Shown: positions 40,181 to 49,955 of the stretch, one piece after another
Numbering within the stretch: position 1 is the stretch's first letter
Layout: every line of letters starts with the position of its first letter
NCBI GenBank assembly: GCA_965249485.1
Contig: OZ252239.1
Span: 2,144,001 to 2,208,000, forward strand
Length of the DNA stretch: 64,000 bases
Direction of reading: 5' to 3'
Origin: a bacterium
GTDB lineage: Bacteria > SM23-31
Program-made: the position numbers and the translations under genes
The notes under the pieces: model-generated
The model's input: only the letters and a program-made list of their open reading frames with translations
The model's database searches: none
Told to the model about the DNA's origin: nothing

Positions 40181-40492
40181 CAATACAATATTAGTAAAAC
40201 CTTATTGACTAATAACATAATGCTTTACTCTTATCTTTTACTTGAAAAACATGTTGTAACGTTTTATATTGTAATCAATTGTAAAGAATTTCTTATATTG
40301 ATCATATTGATAAGCATATTATAAATGTAACATATCGATTCAATGTATCGATATGTTGCATAAGTTTTGGATCGTTATGTAACATGTTGTTCGCAGTATG
40401 GTTTGGAGTGTGTGATTTGTATGTCTCCAAAAAATAGTGTATGAACTTTTTTTGGCTATAAAAATGAGAGAATAAAGGCAGTATCAAATTTT

Positions 40493-40508
40493 TGGCACGG
40501 CTATTGCT
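40493..40508 (+). promoter_or_regulatory. Sigma54 (-24/-12) promoter of the pilin gene
   Basis: TGGCAC-GGCTA-TTGCT, an exact consensus match ending 43 nt before the ATG; GGAGG RBS follows. Confidence 0.88.
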
Positions 40509-40551
40509 CTATAACAGTGTGAGAAAGCAATAAAATACATCTGGAGGTGTT

Positions 40552-41001
40552 ATGAATTTGAAAATAAACTCAAAAGGCTTCACCCTTATCGAACTGGTTA
40601 TGGTGATAGTTATATTGGGTATCCTTGCAACGGCAGTTGTTCCTAAATTTTCCGATTTTACAGATCAGGCACATAGTGCTGCTGTTGACGGTGTTGTCGG
40701 CGGTGTCAGATCGGGAATTGGTATTTTTCAAGCTACTGCTCTTATCAGTCCTGCTTCTGTTGGAGGTGGCGCGAGTAATATCACAGCGACCACCAATTTC
40801 CCCATAGCCCTAGATAATGAGGCGAGTACCACAGGTAATTTATTTAATTATGTTCTGAGTGTGCCCATTACTGAAGACTGGTCAAAGGATGCAGGAGTGC
40901 AAACTGGCGGTTCCACAAAAAGATATAACTATACTTCACAGACGCCTGACACTTCATTTGAGTATAGCAATACATTAGGTACCATAGTACCAGTTCCTTA
41001 A
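40552..41001 (+). CDS. pilA: Type IV pilin, probable major pilin
   Basis: KG|FTLIELVMVIVILGILATAVVP class III signal; own sigma54 promoter and downstream hairpin. Confidence 0.85.
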   Translation: MNLKINSKGFTLIELVMVIVILGILATAVVPKFSDFTDQAHSAAVDGVVGGVRSGIGIFQATALISPASVGGGASNITATTNFPIALDNEASTTGNLFNYVLSVPITEDWSKDAGVQTGGSTKRYNYTSQTPDTSFEYSNTLGTIVPVP

Positions 41002-41041
41002 TATATCTGTTTCGGTTTAAAGTAATTTTGAAATACTCAAT

Positions 41042-41090
41042 AAGAAGCATTTATATATTAAGGAAATAAATAATATAAATGCTTCTTTTT
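41042..41090 (+). terminator. AT-rich stem-loop/terminator after the pilin gene
   Basis: AAGAAGCATTTATAT-N16-ATATAAATGCTTCTT followed by TTT. Confidence 0.65.
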
Positions 41091-41094
41091 ATAT

Positions 41095-41920
41095 ATGATA
41101 ACTCTTGTAGATATCTATAAACGGTTCTCACGTGGATTTATCCCGAAGCCTGTTGATGTGCTGAAAGGAATATCACTAACGGTTGAAAAGGGTGAAGTAT
41201 TCGGGTATCTTGGGCCGAACGGTGCAGGAAAGACCACGACGATTAATATTCTGATGAACTTCATAAAAGCTGACTCCGGTTCTGCACACATTAAAGGTGT
41301 AGAAGTTCATAAGCCGGAAGCCCGGAAATCGGTTGGTTATTTACCTGAGCAACCCTATTTCTACAATTACTTAACCGGATAGTGAGCTGCTCGATTATAG
41401 TGGGAGTTTATACGGAATGGATGAGTTTGAAAGAAAAAAGAAGGTTAACACACTGCTTGAGCGTCTAGGATTGCACGAGGATAAAAACAAGCAGCTCAGA
41501 AAATATTCGAGGGGAATGCTGCAGCGGATCGGAATTGCCCAATCACTCATCAACGATCCGGAGTTGATAATCCTTGACGAACCGCTTTCGGGGCTTGACC
41601 CCCTCGGCAGGAGAGACGTGCTCGATTTAATTATCGAGCAAAAACAAAAAGGCACGACAATATTTTTCAGCTCACATATTCTGAGCGATGCCGAAAAACT
41701 GTGCGACAGGGTTGGATTTATAAATCATGGTGAACTGATAGCCGAAGGGAAGTTGAACGAGCTGAAAAGAACTGAAGCAGGATCGGAAAAAATGGAAATT
41801 GCGATAGAAAGTGATACTGCTCCTATTGAAGCTTTGCTTAATGCCAAAATGGCAATTCGGTCGGTTAACCGTCATGAAGAGTCATTAGAAGAACTATTTA
41901 TAAAAAAATTTCAAAACTAA
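41095..41920 (+). pseudogene. ABC transporter ATP-binding protein (PilH-like), split by +1 frameshift
   Basis: GPNGAGKTT in 41095-41382; YSRGMLQR and LDEP in 41417-41920. Removing one base near 41379 gives LTGSELLDYSGSLYGMDE. Confidence 0.85.
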
Positions 41921-42691
41921 ATGATTAATATAGTATCAACAATTGCGTTCAATACATTCAGAGAAAATATCAGGGATAAAATTTTGTATTCTATCCTGAT
42001 GTTTGGATTTGGTTTTGCTCTGATAAGCTCTCTCATCAGCCAATGGTCACTTGATCAGTGGGCGCGGCTGATGCTCGATTTCGGTATGGCGATTATATCG
42101 ATTTTTGGCTTGTTTATTGCGATTTTTATAGGTATCGGACTTGTTTCTAAAGAGATTGAAAAGAGGACTATTTACTTTGTCCTGTCAAAGCAAATTTCTC
42201 GCTCAATGTTTCTGATTGGGAAATATTTCGGACTTGTCATGACTTTGTTTATTGTATTTGTGCTTATGTCGGTTGGCTTTATAGGTGTGTATGTATTTTT
42301 TCAGGGTATGGTCAATGTGGGGGTTTTTGTGCCAATCGGCATGTCATTTTTTCAGATGTGTATTATGGTTGCCGTTGCACTTACGTTTTCAACGTTTGCT
42401 ACACCGATGGTGAGCGCAATTCTTTCGTTGTTTGTTTATATCGGGGGATTTTTTTCCGCAGATTATATGCTTCTTGGACCGGGTACTTCGAATCCTGTAA
42501 TTCAATGGTTTATGAAAATAATATACTATATAATGCCGAACATGTCCTTGTTAAATTTCAGGTCCCACATTGTCCACGATCTTCCGATTGAAGGTGCGAA
42601 TTTGTTATTGGGGGCACTTTACGCTATTGCATATTCTGTGATACTGCTTGTTTGTGCAAGCGTGATTTTCAAAAATAGAAGTTTAAAATAA
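41921..42691 (+). CDS. ABC transporter permease (PilI-like)
   Basis: IAFNTFRENIRDKILY, KEIEKRTIY..LSK.ISR..FLIGKYFG; 6 TM segments. Confidence 0.88.
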   Translation: MINIVSTIAFNTFRENIRDKILYSILMFGFGFALISSLISQWSLDQWARLMLDFGMAIISIFGLFIAIFIGIGLVSKEIEKRTIYFVLSKQISRSMFLIGKYFGLVMTLFIVFVLMSVGFIGVYVFFQGMVNVGVFVPIGMSFFQMCIMVAVALTFSTFATPMVSAILSLFVYIGGFFSADYMLLGPGTSNPVIQWFMKIIYYIMPNMSLLNFRSHIVHDLPIEGANLLLGALYAIAYSVILLVCASVIFKNRSLK

Positions 42692-42707
42692 TGCGATTGT
42701 TCCCGAA

Positions 42708-43487
42708 ATGAAGTCACTATTAATAAAAACATGTTTGATGGTAATGGTTGTAGCATCAGTTGGAATTATCATCGGTGTGCAATCAACGATTGGCGATGAA
42801 TTGATCCCTGATCTCGGTCAGGACTATGATCTCTATTATGTGGGAAATGCCAACTATATTAAAATGATATCAGCAGGTTTTGAAAGCGTGGTGGCGGACA
42901 TATATTGGATCAGATCAATTCTCTATTTTGGAAGGCGGTCAATTATTACCGACTATCCGATGGTTGGTAAACAATTGACTGATGATGGTACGGATACGCC
43001 GGAATTTGCTCTCTGGAAAAAAGAAGTGAAGCAGCGCTACCGGTATTTACCCGGATTGATCAATATGGTAGTTGATTTAGAACCCAATTTTCAAGCCCCC
43101 TATTTTTTCGGCGGTTTAATGATCTCTATGAAAGCGGGTGAAGTGGATAAGAGTATAGCACTGCTGAACAAGGCAGAACGGAGTATACCTGAAAATTGAC
43201 AGGTACCGTACTTGTTGGGTTTCAATTACTATTTTTATAAAGATGAATCGGAAAGAGCTCTCAGCTATTTTATGGATGCGTCAAAACTGCCGGGCTGTCC
43301 GCAAGGTGTTACCAATCTTTCTGTTGCAATTTTGCAGAAGGAAGGCAAAAATGATGTTGCTATAGAATTTCTTGGAAATTTAAAAAGCAATACCAAAGAC
43401 GAAGATACAATTCAGGAATTAGACAGGCTTCTTGAAGTGCTCAAGGATTCTGAACAAAATCAGGAATTGCAAAATGCTCATATGTAG
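42708..43487 (+). pseudogene. Membrane-anchored TPR-like pilus accessory protein (myxobacterial PilG-like), in-frame TGA at 43197-43199
   Basis: ORFs 42708-43199 and 43212-43487 share a frame: IPEN*QVPYLLGFNYYFY, where Trp (TGG) is expected; ADIYWIRSILYFG motif; next to the ABC pair. Confidence 0.75.
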
Positions 43488-43498
43488 CGTTTCCCAGG

Positions 43499-43514
43499 TG
43501 TGAACTATATCACA
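43499..43514. promoter_or_regulatory. CRP/FNR-family consensus palindrome upstream of the minor-pilin cluster
   Basis: TGTGA-ACTATA-TCACA. Confidence 0.5.
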
Positions 43515-43583
43515 TCTGTGCTGTAGCAGGGGAACAAAAGGATTTTAAGCAATAGTTAAAGTGTAAAGAAGGTTTCTTATACA

Positions 43584-44057
43584 ATGGAAAATGTGGTGAA
43601 AATAAAAAATAATACTCGGGGTTTTACGCTCCTTGAGCTCATTTTGGTTGTTGTGGTATTGGGAATTCTCTCGGCGGTGGTCGTGCCGAAAATAGGCGGT
43701 ATGATTTCCGGATCTGAAGAGAATGCTACACGATCCGAAATGTTAACCCTTAAAATGGCAATAGTTGGTGACGCATCCGCACGTGTCGCTGGGATTGTCA
43801 TTGATCAGGGGTACAAAGGTGATCTTGGATATCGCCCTGCAAGTTTAGCCGATCTTGTTACAAAACCAGGCGGTGATCCGGTCTATAATCCTTTTGTCCA
43901 GATGGCGTGGAACGGTCCCTATATGAGTGATGATGGTAACGCCAGCTATATGGATGATGCATGGGATAACGCATATACCTTGACAGACACATCTATCATA
44001 AGTAATGGTCCTGATGGTATTATGGGCACAGGTGATGATATTTCAATAAGTTTTTGA
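43584..44057 (+). CDS. Prepilin-type protein, GspG-like core
   Basis: RG|FTLLELILVVVVLGILS; WNGPY..DAWDNAY..SNGPDG (GspG-like). Confidence 0.85.
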   Translation: MENVVKIKNNTRGFTLLELILVVVVLGILSAVVVPKIGGMISGSEENATRSEMLTLKMAIVGDASARVAGIVIDQGYKGDLGYRPASLADLVTKPGGDPVYNPFVQMAWNGPYMSDDGNASYMDDAWDNAYTLTDTSIISNGPDGIMGTGDDISISF

Positions 44058-44075
44058 ATAAACAGGTAGAGAACA

Positions 44076-44834
44076 ATGCAGGCACAAAGAAGACACCTAT
44101 CACACAATCTACTTTCTTCAGAAAACGGATTCACACTGCTGGAATTAATTGTGGTTATCATTATCATGGGAGTTCTTTCACTTGTAGCTGTTCGCAGTTT
44201 TACTTCACAGACCAATACGCGCCGATTTGAAGAAACGAGACTTGAAATGGAAGCACTCAAGCGGGGAATTGTTGGTGATGAGGACAGGATTCAGGATGGT
44301 TTTCGTGTCGATTTTGGCTATGTGGGAGACATGGGTGCCCTGCCGGTCGCACTGACCAATCTCGTATCGAATCCCGGTGGGGGTAATTGGAGCGGGCCGT
44401 ATGTGGCCGTTAACTTTGCAGATAATCCAAATGACTATCTCAACGATGCATTTAATCTAGCATACGCTTATACTCCGGCAGCGCTGACTATTTTTAGTTG
44501 GGGTGCAAATATTACGATTACTCTGGCTACATCAGCCACTGATCTTCTGAACAATACTGTCCTCCTGTTTGCAAGGGACCGGGATGGTTTTACTCCTCAG
44601 GATGCAGATTTGCCGAATATTACCGTAACACTCAATCTGCAAAACAGTGCGGTTATCGGGCCATCCGCTTTGTTTGCATCGGACGGACTAGCGACAATAA
44701 CAAATGTTCCAGTCGGTAATCACACTGTAACCGTAAATCACTCGGTATTAGCGGAAAATGTTATCAAGCCCGTATCAGTTGAGCCGGGTTCAACAACAGG
44801 TCCGATAGAGATAATATTTACTACATTGCCGTAA
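44076..44834 (+). CDS. Prepilin-type protein, GspG-like core plus C-terminal beta-sandwich
   Basis: NG|FTLLELIVVIIIMG; GYVGDMGALP..WSGPY..DAFNLAY; C-terminal TNVPVGNHTVTV. Confidence 0.85.
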   Translation: MQAQRRHLSHNLLSSENGFTLLELIVVIIIMGVLSLVAVRSFTSQTNTRRFEETRLEMEALKRGIVGDEDRIQDGFRVDFGYVGDMGALPVALTNLVSNPGGGNWSGPYVAVNFADNPNDYLNDAFNLAYAYTPAALTIFSWGANITITLATSATDLLNNTVLLFARDRDGFTPQDADLPNITVTLNLQNSAVIGPSALFASDGLATITNVPVGNHTVTVNHSVLAENVIKPVSVEPGSTTGPIEIIFTTLP

Positions 44835-44862
44835 TATCTTATATGATAGGCAGGTGTGCACT

Positions 44863-46752
44863 ATGAAGAAATTACTAAGTTCCAATCGTGGTTTTACTTT
44901 GATTCAAGTTGTAGTTGCTATTGTCGGTCTGGCGATTGCTGCTTCTGTTGCCCTGAAAGTCACAAGCCAGGGTACAGCGGAAGGACGCACAATCCTATCA
45001 ATCACAAGGATTCATGAGGTTCAAAGAGCGATTGGTGGTGACGAGCGGGTAAAAGATAACACCGATTTCGGATTTGTGGGTGATTTTGGACGCCTTCCCG
45101 CGACGCTTGATGAGCTTATCGTTGATAATGGTGACCCAAATTGGAACGGTTCTTACCTTACCTCCGATTTTGTTGGTGATAATACAAGTACTTTTGTTGA
45201 TGCGTGGGGAAATGACTTTGTTTACGATAATACAACCGGTGAACTCGGTTTGAGTGAAGCATCTGTTGGAGAAGTGCCGGTCATCATACCTGCACCCTAT
45301 GAAAACATAGAAGAAATCCTCTTTGGCAGTATTGAGGGAAGTATTGTTGATAAATATAACAATCCCCCGAAAAAAGGTGACAGGAAAGACCTGATTCTAT
45401 TCATGGAACCCATAATTGATGAGAACAACTGGCCGCCTATTGTGTACGATCCCGTTCGTGACCGGCGGATATTCCATACTGAGCGCATGTGGCCCTTTTT
45501 TCATCCGGTCTGGAATGTCATCCATGTTTTCAGTGATCCTCGCGATCATGGCAGAGACCACTGGCGATGGCTCTGGAGGTGGGCTGGTCTTAACTTTATG
45601 GCCGCGCAGATGATCAGGACCGGTGATCTTAGAATTGACGGATCTGTTGATGAAGGTGTCGGACTTTCGAATTTTAGCGAAGACCTTTCAATAGAGATTG
45701 AACGGATTTAAGTAAGCTGGAACAGATCAAGAAGAAGTCAACATGTCGAAAGAATATTACTGAATAATGTGGAGGTGTGGTCGGGCTCCGAACGTTCAGG
45801 AAGGCGGCTTGATTTAACAAACGCTACGCTTCCGGTCGGTTCGCTCAACGTGCCGCTTCGTTTTGAGTTTAATAGTAATTTAGAGGGAAAATACCTCGAT
45901 TTAACCTTTTATTTCACAGACGGTTCCAGGAAGCGGGTGCGACATGAAAGGCAAGATCATACAGAGAGACCTCCCCATTGGAGACCGGATCATGAAGACG
46001 ATGAAGATGATCATGATAATCAGTGGGATGACCATGGCAGGAGACGCAGGTTGGACAGACATTTTGAAGATTTCTGGCTCCACTTCTTTTTGAATAATGC
46101 ATTCGATCAGGACTTTCTGAAGGTGAAAGTGATTATCCATCCCGACCCTTACGGAAACTACCGTGCGGATGATATACCCGTGCGTCCCTACATTATAACT
46201 GCCTTTCATGATGAACTTGAAATGTCTATTAAAGAATACATGATAGTCCAGCCGAATCAAGTTTCAAAAAAGAATTTCAGGTTCGATGCCTTGTTTCCGG
46301 GATACAGACCTCCGGATGAAGAAGATGATGACGAGGATGACGATGAAGATGACGAAGATGATGAGGACGACGAAGATGACGAAGAAGAGCAGGATGACCG
46401 GGATATGGCAGAACGAATGACCGCTTCGGGTAATCTTGTGATTGATGGTAATAGTGATGATGACATTCGGATTTCTAATACCAGCAGTTCACCTGTGGTT
46501 GTAACCGACATGAAAATTCGGTGGAGAAACGACAGATCGTGGGAGCGGATTCGGAAAATCAGGATTAATGGAATGGAAGTCTGGAATGACTGGGAAAGAT
46601 CGAACAGAAATGTTGATATTATTAATGCCACGATACCGGGAAATGCGCAAAATGTTCCGGTGGAATTTGAATTCAGCCATAATCTTGGGGGGAAAGAGTA
46701 CAGGTTAGTTGAATTCAAAATGCAGGACAATTCGCGATTTAGAATCGATTAA
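44863..46752 (+). pseudogene. Giant (~630 aa) prepilin-type protein interrupted by one in-frame TAA (45709-45711)
   Basis: RG|FTLIQVVV. ORFs 44854-45711 and 45769-46752 share a frame: IERI*VSWNRSRRSQHVERILLNNVEVW aligns to the internal repeat VTDMKIRWRNDRSWERIRKIRINGMEVW, so the stop sits opposite a Lys. Confidence 0.8.
46315..46389 (+). repeat. GAN-codon low-complexity tract encoding 25 consecutive Asp/Glu
   Basis: DEEDDDEDDDEDDEDDEDDEDDEEE. Confidence 0.95.
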
Positions 46753-46765
46753 GCTGACGAATGTA

Positions 46766-46797
46766 ACTGGAGCACGTCACATGTGATGTGCTCCAGT
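46766..46797 (+). terminator. Strong stem-loop after the minor-pilin cluster (no U tail)
   Basis: ACTGGAGCACGTCAC-at-GTGATGTGCTCCAGT. Confidence 0.55.
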
Positions 46798-46957
46798 CCA
46801 TTTCACGAAATTATCCCTCCTAAGTATACCGTAATTTACGGTTTCGAATAAAAAAATCAAAAAAGTGCATTGGGTGTATGTTGGTATTATATTATGTTAA
46901 ATCAACTCAATGACCATTGAGTAACTATGGCTAGCATAGAGTAATAGTGATAAAAGT

Positions 46958-47194
46958 ATGGTTGCAAACATTTATATGATTGGTGATCTAGCTCGTCATT
47001 CCCGCTATTCTATAGACACGCTAAATTATTATCTAAGGATCGGTCTGATTGATGAGGTGGGAAGAAGTGAGCGGAGCAATTACAGCTATTTTGACGATTC
47101 GACACTCGAAAAATTGACGAAAATCCAGGAGCTTCGGATACAAAAAACTTCGATAAAAGAAATTCTCAGGAGAAAGAACGATGGAGTACTATAA
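46958..47194 (+). CDS. MerR-family HTH protein (DNA-binding domain only)
   Basis: YMIGDLARHSRYSIDTLNYYLRIGLI..RSERSNYSYF. Confidence 0.85.
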   Translation: MVANIYMIGDLARHSRYSIDTLNYYLRIGLIDEVGRSERSNYSYFDDSTLEKLTKIQELRIQKTSIKEILRRKNDGVL

Positions 47195-48008
47195 GCTCCT
47201 CGAATTAGCGAAAGAACCGTTTTCAACATCTCCTGATCCGGCATTCTTTTATGAATCATACGAACATAAAGAATGTCTTAATCGGCTTGAAATAGCTATA
47301 CGGCTCAGACGCGGCCTTTCTGTGATAATGGGGGAAGTTGGAACCGGGAAAACAACAGTAAGCCGAATGCTTATTCAGCGGTTTGCAAAGGAAAAGAAAA
47401 ACTTCATTATCAGGATTATACTCGATCCGACGTTTAAATCTGAATTCGAATTTATGAGAAATTTGTGTGCATCTTTTGGGATCGATACGACTTCACGATC
47501 AACATTTGAATATAAAAATGATTTGGAAAATTACCTGCTGCAAAAAGGAGTAAATGAGAAAAAGGTTGTGGTTTTAATCATTGATGAAGGCCAAAAGCTG
47601 ACACCGACCTATATCGAAGTTTTGAGAAACTTGTTAAATTACGAAACTAATGAATATAAACTGTTGCAATTAGTGATCTTTTCGCAACCCGAATTTTTAC
47701 ATAAAATGAAGCGTCAACCTAATTTTCTCGACCTTATAGCTATGGGATATGTTATCAATCCTCTGAATATTGAAGACACAAAGGGCATCATCAACTATCG
47801 CCTGAAGGCCGCCGGATTAAACTCAAACCGTATTCTTTTCACTGACAAAGCAATTAGATTAATTCATACCCATACGCAGGGGTTTCCGAGAAGAATTGCA
47901 ATGTATTGTCATGAAGCACTCATTTTTATGATAAGGCAGAACAAAAAAGTCATTGATGAAAAATTTGTTCTCGATATGGTACGCCAAGAGGTGAACTGGC
48001 ATGCCTGA
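47181..48008 (+). CDS. ExeA/GspA/MshM-family AAA ATPase
   Basis: EPFSTSPDPAFFY, GEVGTGKTT, LIIDEGQ, SQPEF, GFPRRI. Confidence 0.92.
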   Translation: MEYYKLLELAKEPFSTSPDPAFFYESYEHKECLNRLEIAIRLRRGLSVIMGEVGTGKTTVSRMLIQRFAKEKKNFIIRIILDPTFKSEFEFMRNLCASFGIDTTSRSTFEYKNDLENYLLQKGVNEKKVVVLIIDEGQKLTPTYIEVLRNLLNYETNEYKLLQLVIFSQPEFLHKMKRQPNFLDLIAMGYVINPLNIEDTKGIINYRLKAAGLNSNRILFTDKAIRLIHTHTQGFPRRIAMYCHEALIFMIRQNKKVIDEKFVLDMVRQEVNWHA

Positions 48009-49953
48009 TCTGATGGAAGACAAAAAAGAACTCGCAACGACTCGACTTCTTGAAGTATTAAGAGGTGATTCGAATGACGAAAATGTGCAAGGTGTCGAGG
48101 AACGACTCGGCTTGTCGGACGAAGAGCAATCCGCGTTGACGCGTACTGACACTGTTGATTCAAAGAGTGAACTGCAACTCGAGATCGAACCTGATAAATC
48201 CAAAATAATATTAGAATATGTCGACCTGGTTAAGTTGTGGATACTCGGTTTCTTTAAACCTCAAAGAGACATTATTGGTTTCGATATAGGATCCGATTCA
48301 ATTAAGTATGTTCACTTCATAAAAGAAAAACACGGATTTGTTCTTAAGGATATGGGGATTCGAAAAGTCGAAGAACACTATACCGGTGATCCCCAGAAAA
48401 AAATTGAAAATATAAAAAATGCGATCAATAATCTTCTAACCGATGAAATAAAAAGGAGTTGCACGGCGGCAATAACCATCTATGGTCAAAATGTAAGCAT
48501 TAAAAAAATTCAGCTTCCGAAGATGCCTAAAAAAGAAATAAGGGATGCTATTATTTGGAATGCTAACAAAGACCTTCCGTTTTCTGCGGAAAATGCTGAA
48601 TACGATTATAAAATTCTCGGAACAACTGAAGATCAGGGAATTGAAAAAACAGAAATTCTTGTTGCTGTAGTCGATAAAGCTCTCATCAATGAACAAGTTG
48701 GATTTTTCGAGTCATTGTCAATCAATCTTTCAAAAGTACTTGCAATTCCGTTATCGATTTACAATAACTTCTATCACTTTATAGATGGTGCAGAACATGC
48801 TAACGGTGTGGTCATCGACTTCGGTTCGAAAATGACAAATATGATTTTCATCAACGACGGTCTGTTGCAATTTGCTCGGGAAATATCGATCGGTGGTGCA
48901 GATATTACTGATGGAATGATGGGAACTTTATCCGGTAATGATGGTGTGGTAAAGATCGACCGGGAAGAGGCTGAACGACTGAAGTTCGTATATGGAATTC
49001 CCAATGATGATGACGTTGCGACAACGGAACACGGTATTTCGCTGAATCAGATTGCTTCCGTGATGCGTCCGACGCTTGAACGGCTTCTTGTGCAGATCCA
49101 GCGGTCTTTTGATTTCTACCGTTCTAAATTTCCATCTGAGGAGCCTGAAAAAGTATATATTACGGGCGGAACGTCTCTTCTCAAGAACATAGACTCGTTC
49201 CTGGCTGATGGTCTTGAAAAAGAAGTGATCCTACTGGATCCCCTGAAAAATATCGTTGTTGACCGCCAGCTTGAAGAAGAAAAAAGTGTTTCGGAAGTCG
49301 CTCCCAGTCTTGCTGTAGCTGTAGGAAGTGCGTTGTCCGATGAAAAAGGAATCAATCTGCTTCCTCAGGAACTGAAGGAGAAAATCCAGTCCGCGTTTCA
49401 GAAAAAGATTCTTATGGTTGCTGCGGTTGTAACGATTTCAGTAATCAGCTTATTATCCTTTTCTACGCTTTCCGAGCACGGTGAGATTGAAGCAGAGCTT
49501 ACACAAATGAATGCCAACAAAGGTCCCGGAGATGAGTTGCAGGCACAATATAGAAATTATTCTATGCAGATCAGCCAGGTAGTCAATGAGAAGCATATGG
49601 AAACTGAAAATTATGAAGCATTTGCCGGGACGATACAAATAAATGATTATCTCAAAATATTGAGCATGGTTACACCATCTCATATTACTCTGGAATCCGT
49701 TATAATTGATCTTGATCTGGCACGGAATCTGACAATAACTGGTATTTTGAATCTTGCGGTAATCGACATTAATGAAGCAAATTTTTATTTGTCGGATTAT
49801 GTACGGCAGTTGGGGAATTCACCCTTATTTACAAGAGTGAATCCCTATATAGTTCTCGATCAGGATGATTTTGACTTTGAAGAAGGTGATTCGGCTGATA
49901 ATCTTGTATTTGAAATAATATGTAGTGTACCGGAAACAACCCGGTTAAATTAA
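48001..49953 (+). CDS. pilM: PilM-PilN fusion protein
   Basis: IGFDIGSDSIK, VIDFGSKMT, IQRSFDFY, YITGGTS, then INLLP + TM + PilN-like LSMVTPSHITLESV..LGNSPLF in one ORF. Confidence 0.85.
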   Translation: MPDLMEDKKELATTRLLEVLRGDSNDENVQGVEERLGLSDEEQSALTRTDTVDSKSELQLEIEPDKSKIILEYVDLVKLWILGFFKPQRDIIGFDIGSDSIKYVHFIKEKHGFVLKDMGIRKVEEHYTGDPQKKIENIKNAINNLLTDEIKRSCTAAITIYGQNVSIKKIQLPKMPKKEIRDAIIWNANKDLPFSAENAEYDYKILGTTEDQGIEKTEILVAVVDKALINEQVGFFESLSINLSKVLAIPLSIYNNFYHFIDGAEHANGVVIDFGSKMTNMIFINDGLLQFAREISIGGADITDGMMGTLSGNDGVVKIDREEAERLKFVYGIPNDDDVATTEHGISLNQIASVMRPTLERLLVQIQRSFDFYRSKFPSEEPEKVYITGGTSLLKNIDSFLADGLEKEVILLDPLKNIVVDRQLEEEKSVSEVAPSLAVAVGSALSDEKGINLLPQELKEKIQSAFQKKILMVAAVVTISVISLLSFSTLSEHGEIEAELTQMNANKGPGDELQAQYRNYSMQISQVVNEKHMETENYEAFAGTIQINDYLKILSMVTPSHITLESVIIDLDLARNLTITGILNLAVIDINEANFYLSDYVRQLGNSPLFTRVNPYIVLDQDDFDFEEGDSADNLVFEIICSVPETTRLN

Positions 49954-49955
49954 AT

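Noticed and set aside
39603..40492. CRISPR array or riboswitch in the long intergenic region
   Set aside because: No regularly spaced direct repeats, no cas genes, and no aptamer consensus that I could recognise.
43197..43199. In-frame TGA at a Trp position suggesting UGA=Trp recoding
   Set aside because: TGA is the evident stop of recR, the porX-like gene, accD and others, and Trp is encoded by TGG throughout; a nonsense change or error is simpler.
46257..46730. Poly-Ser ORF on the minus strand
   Set aside because: Antisense reading of the Asp/Glu tract.
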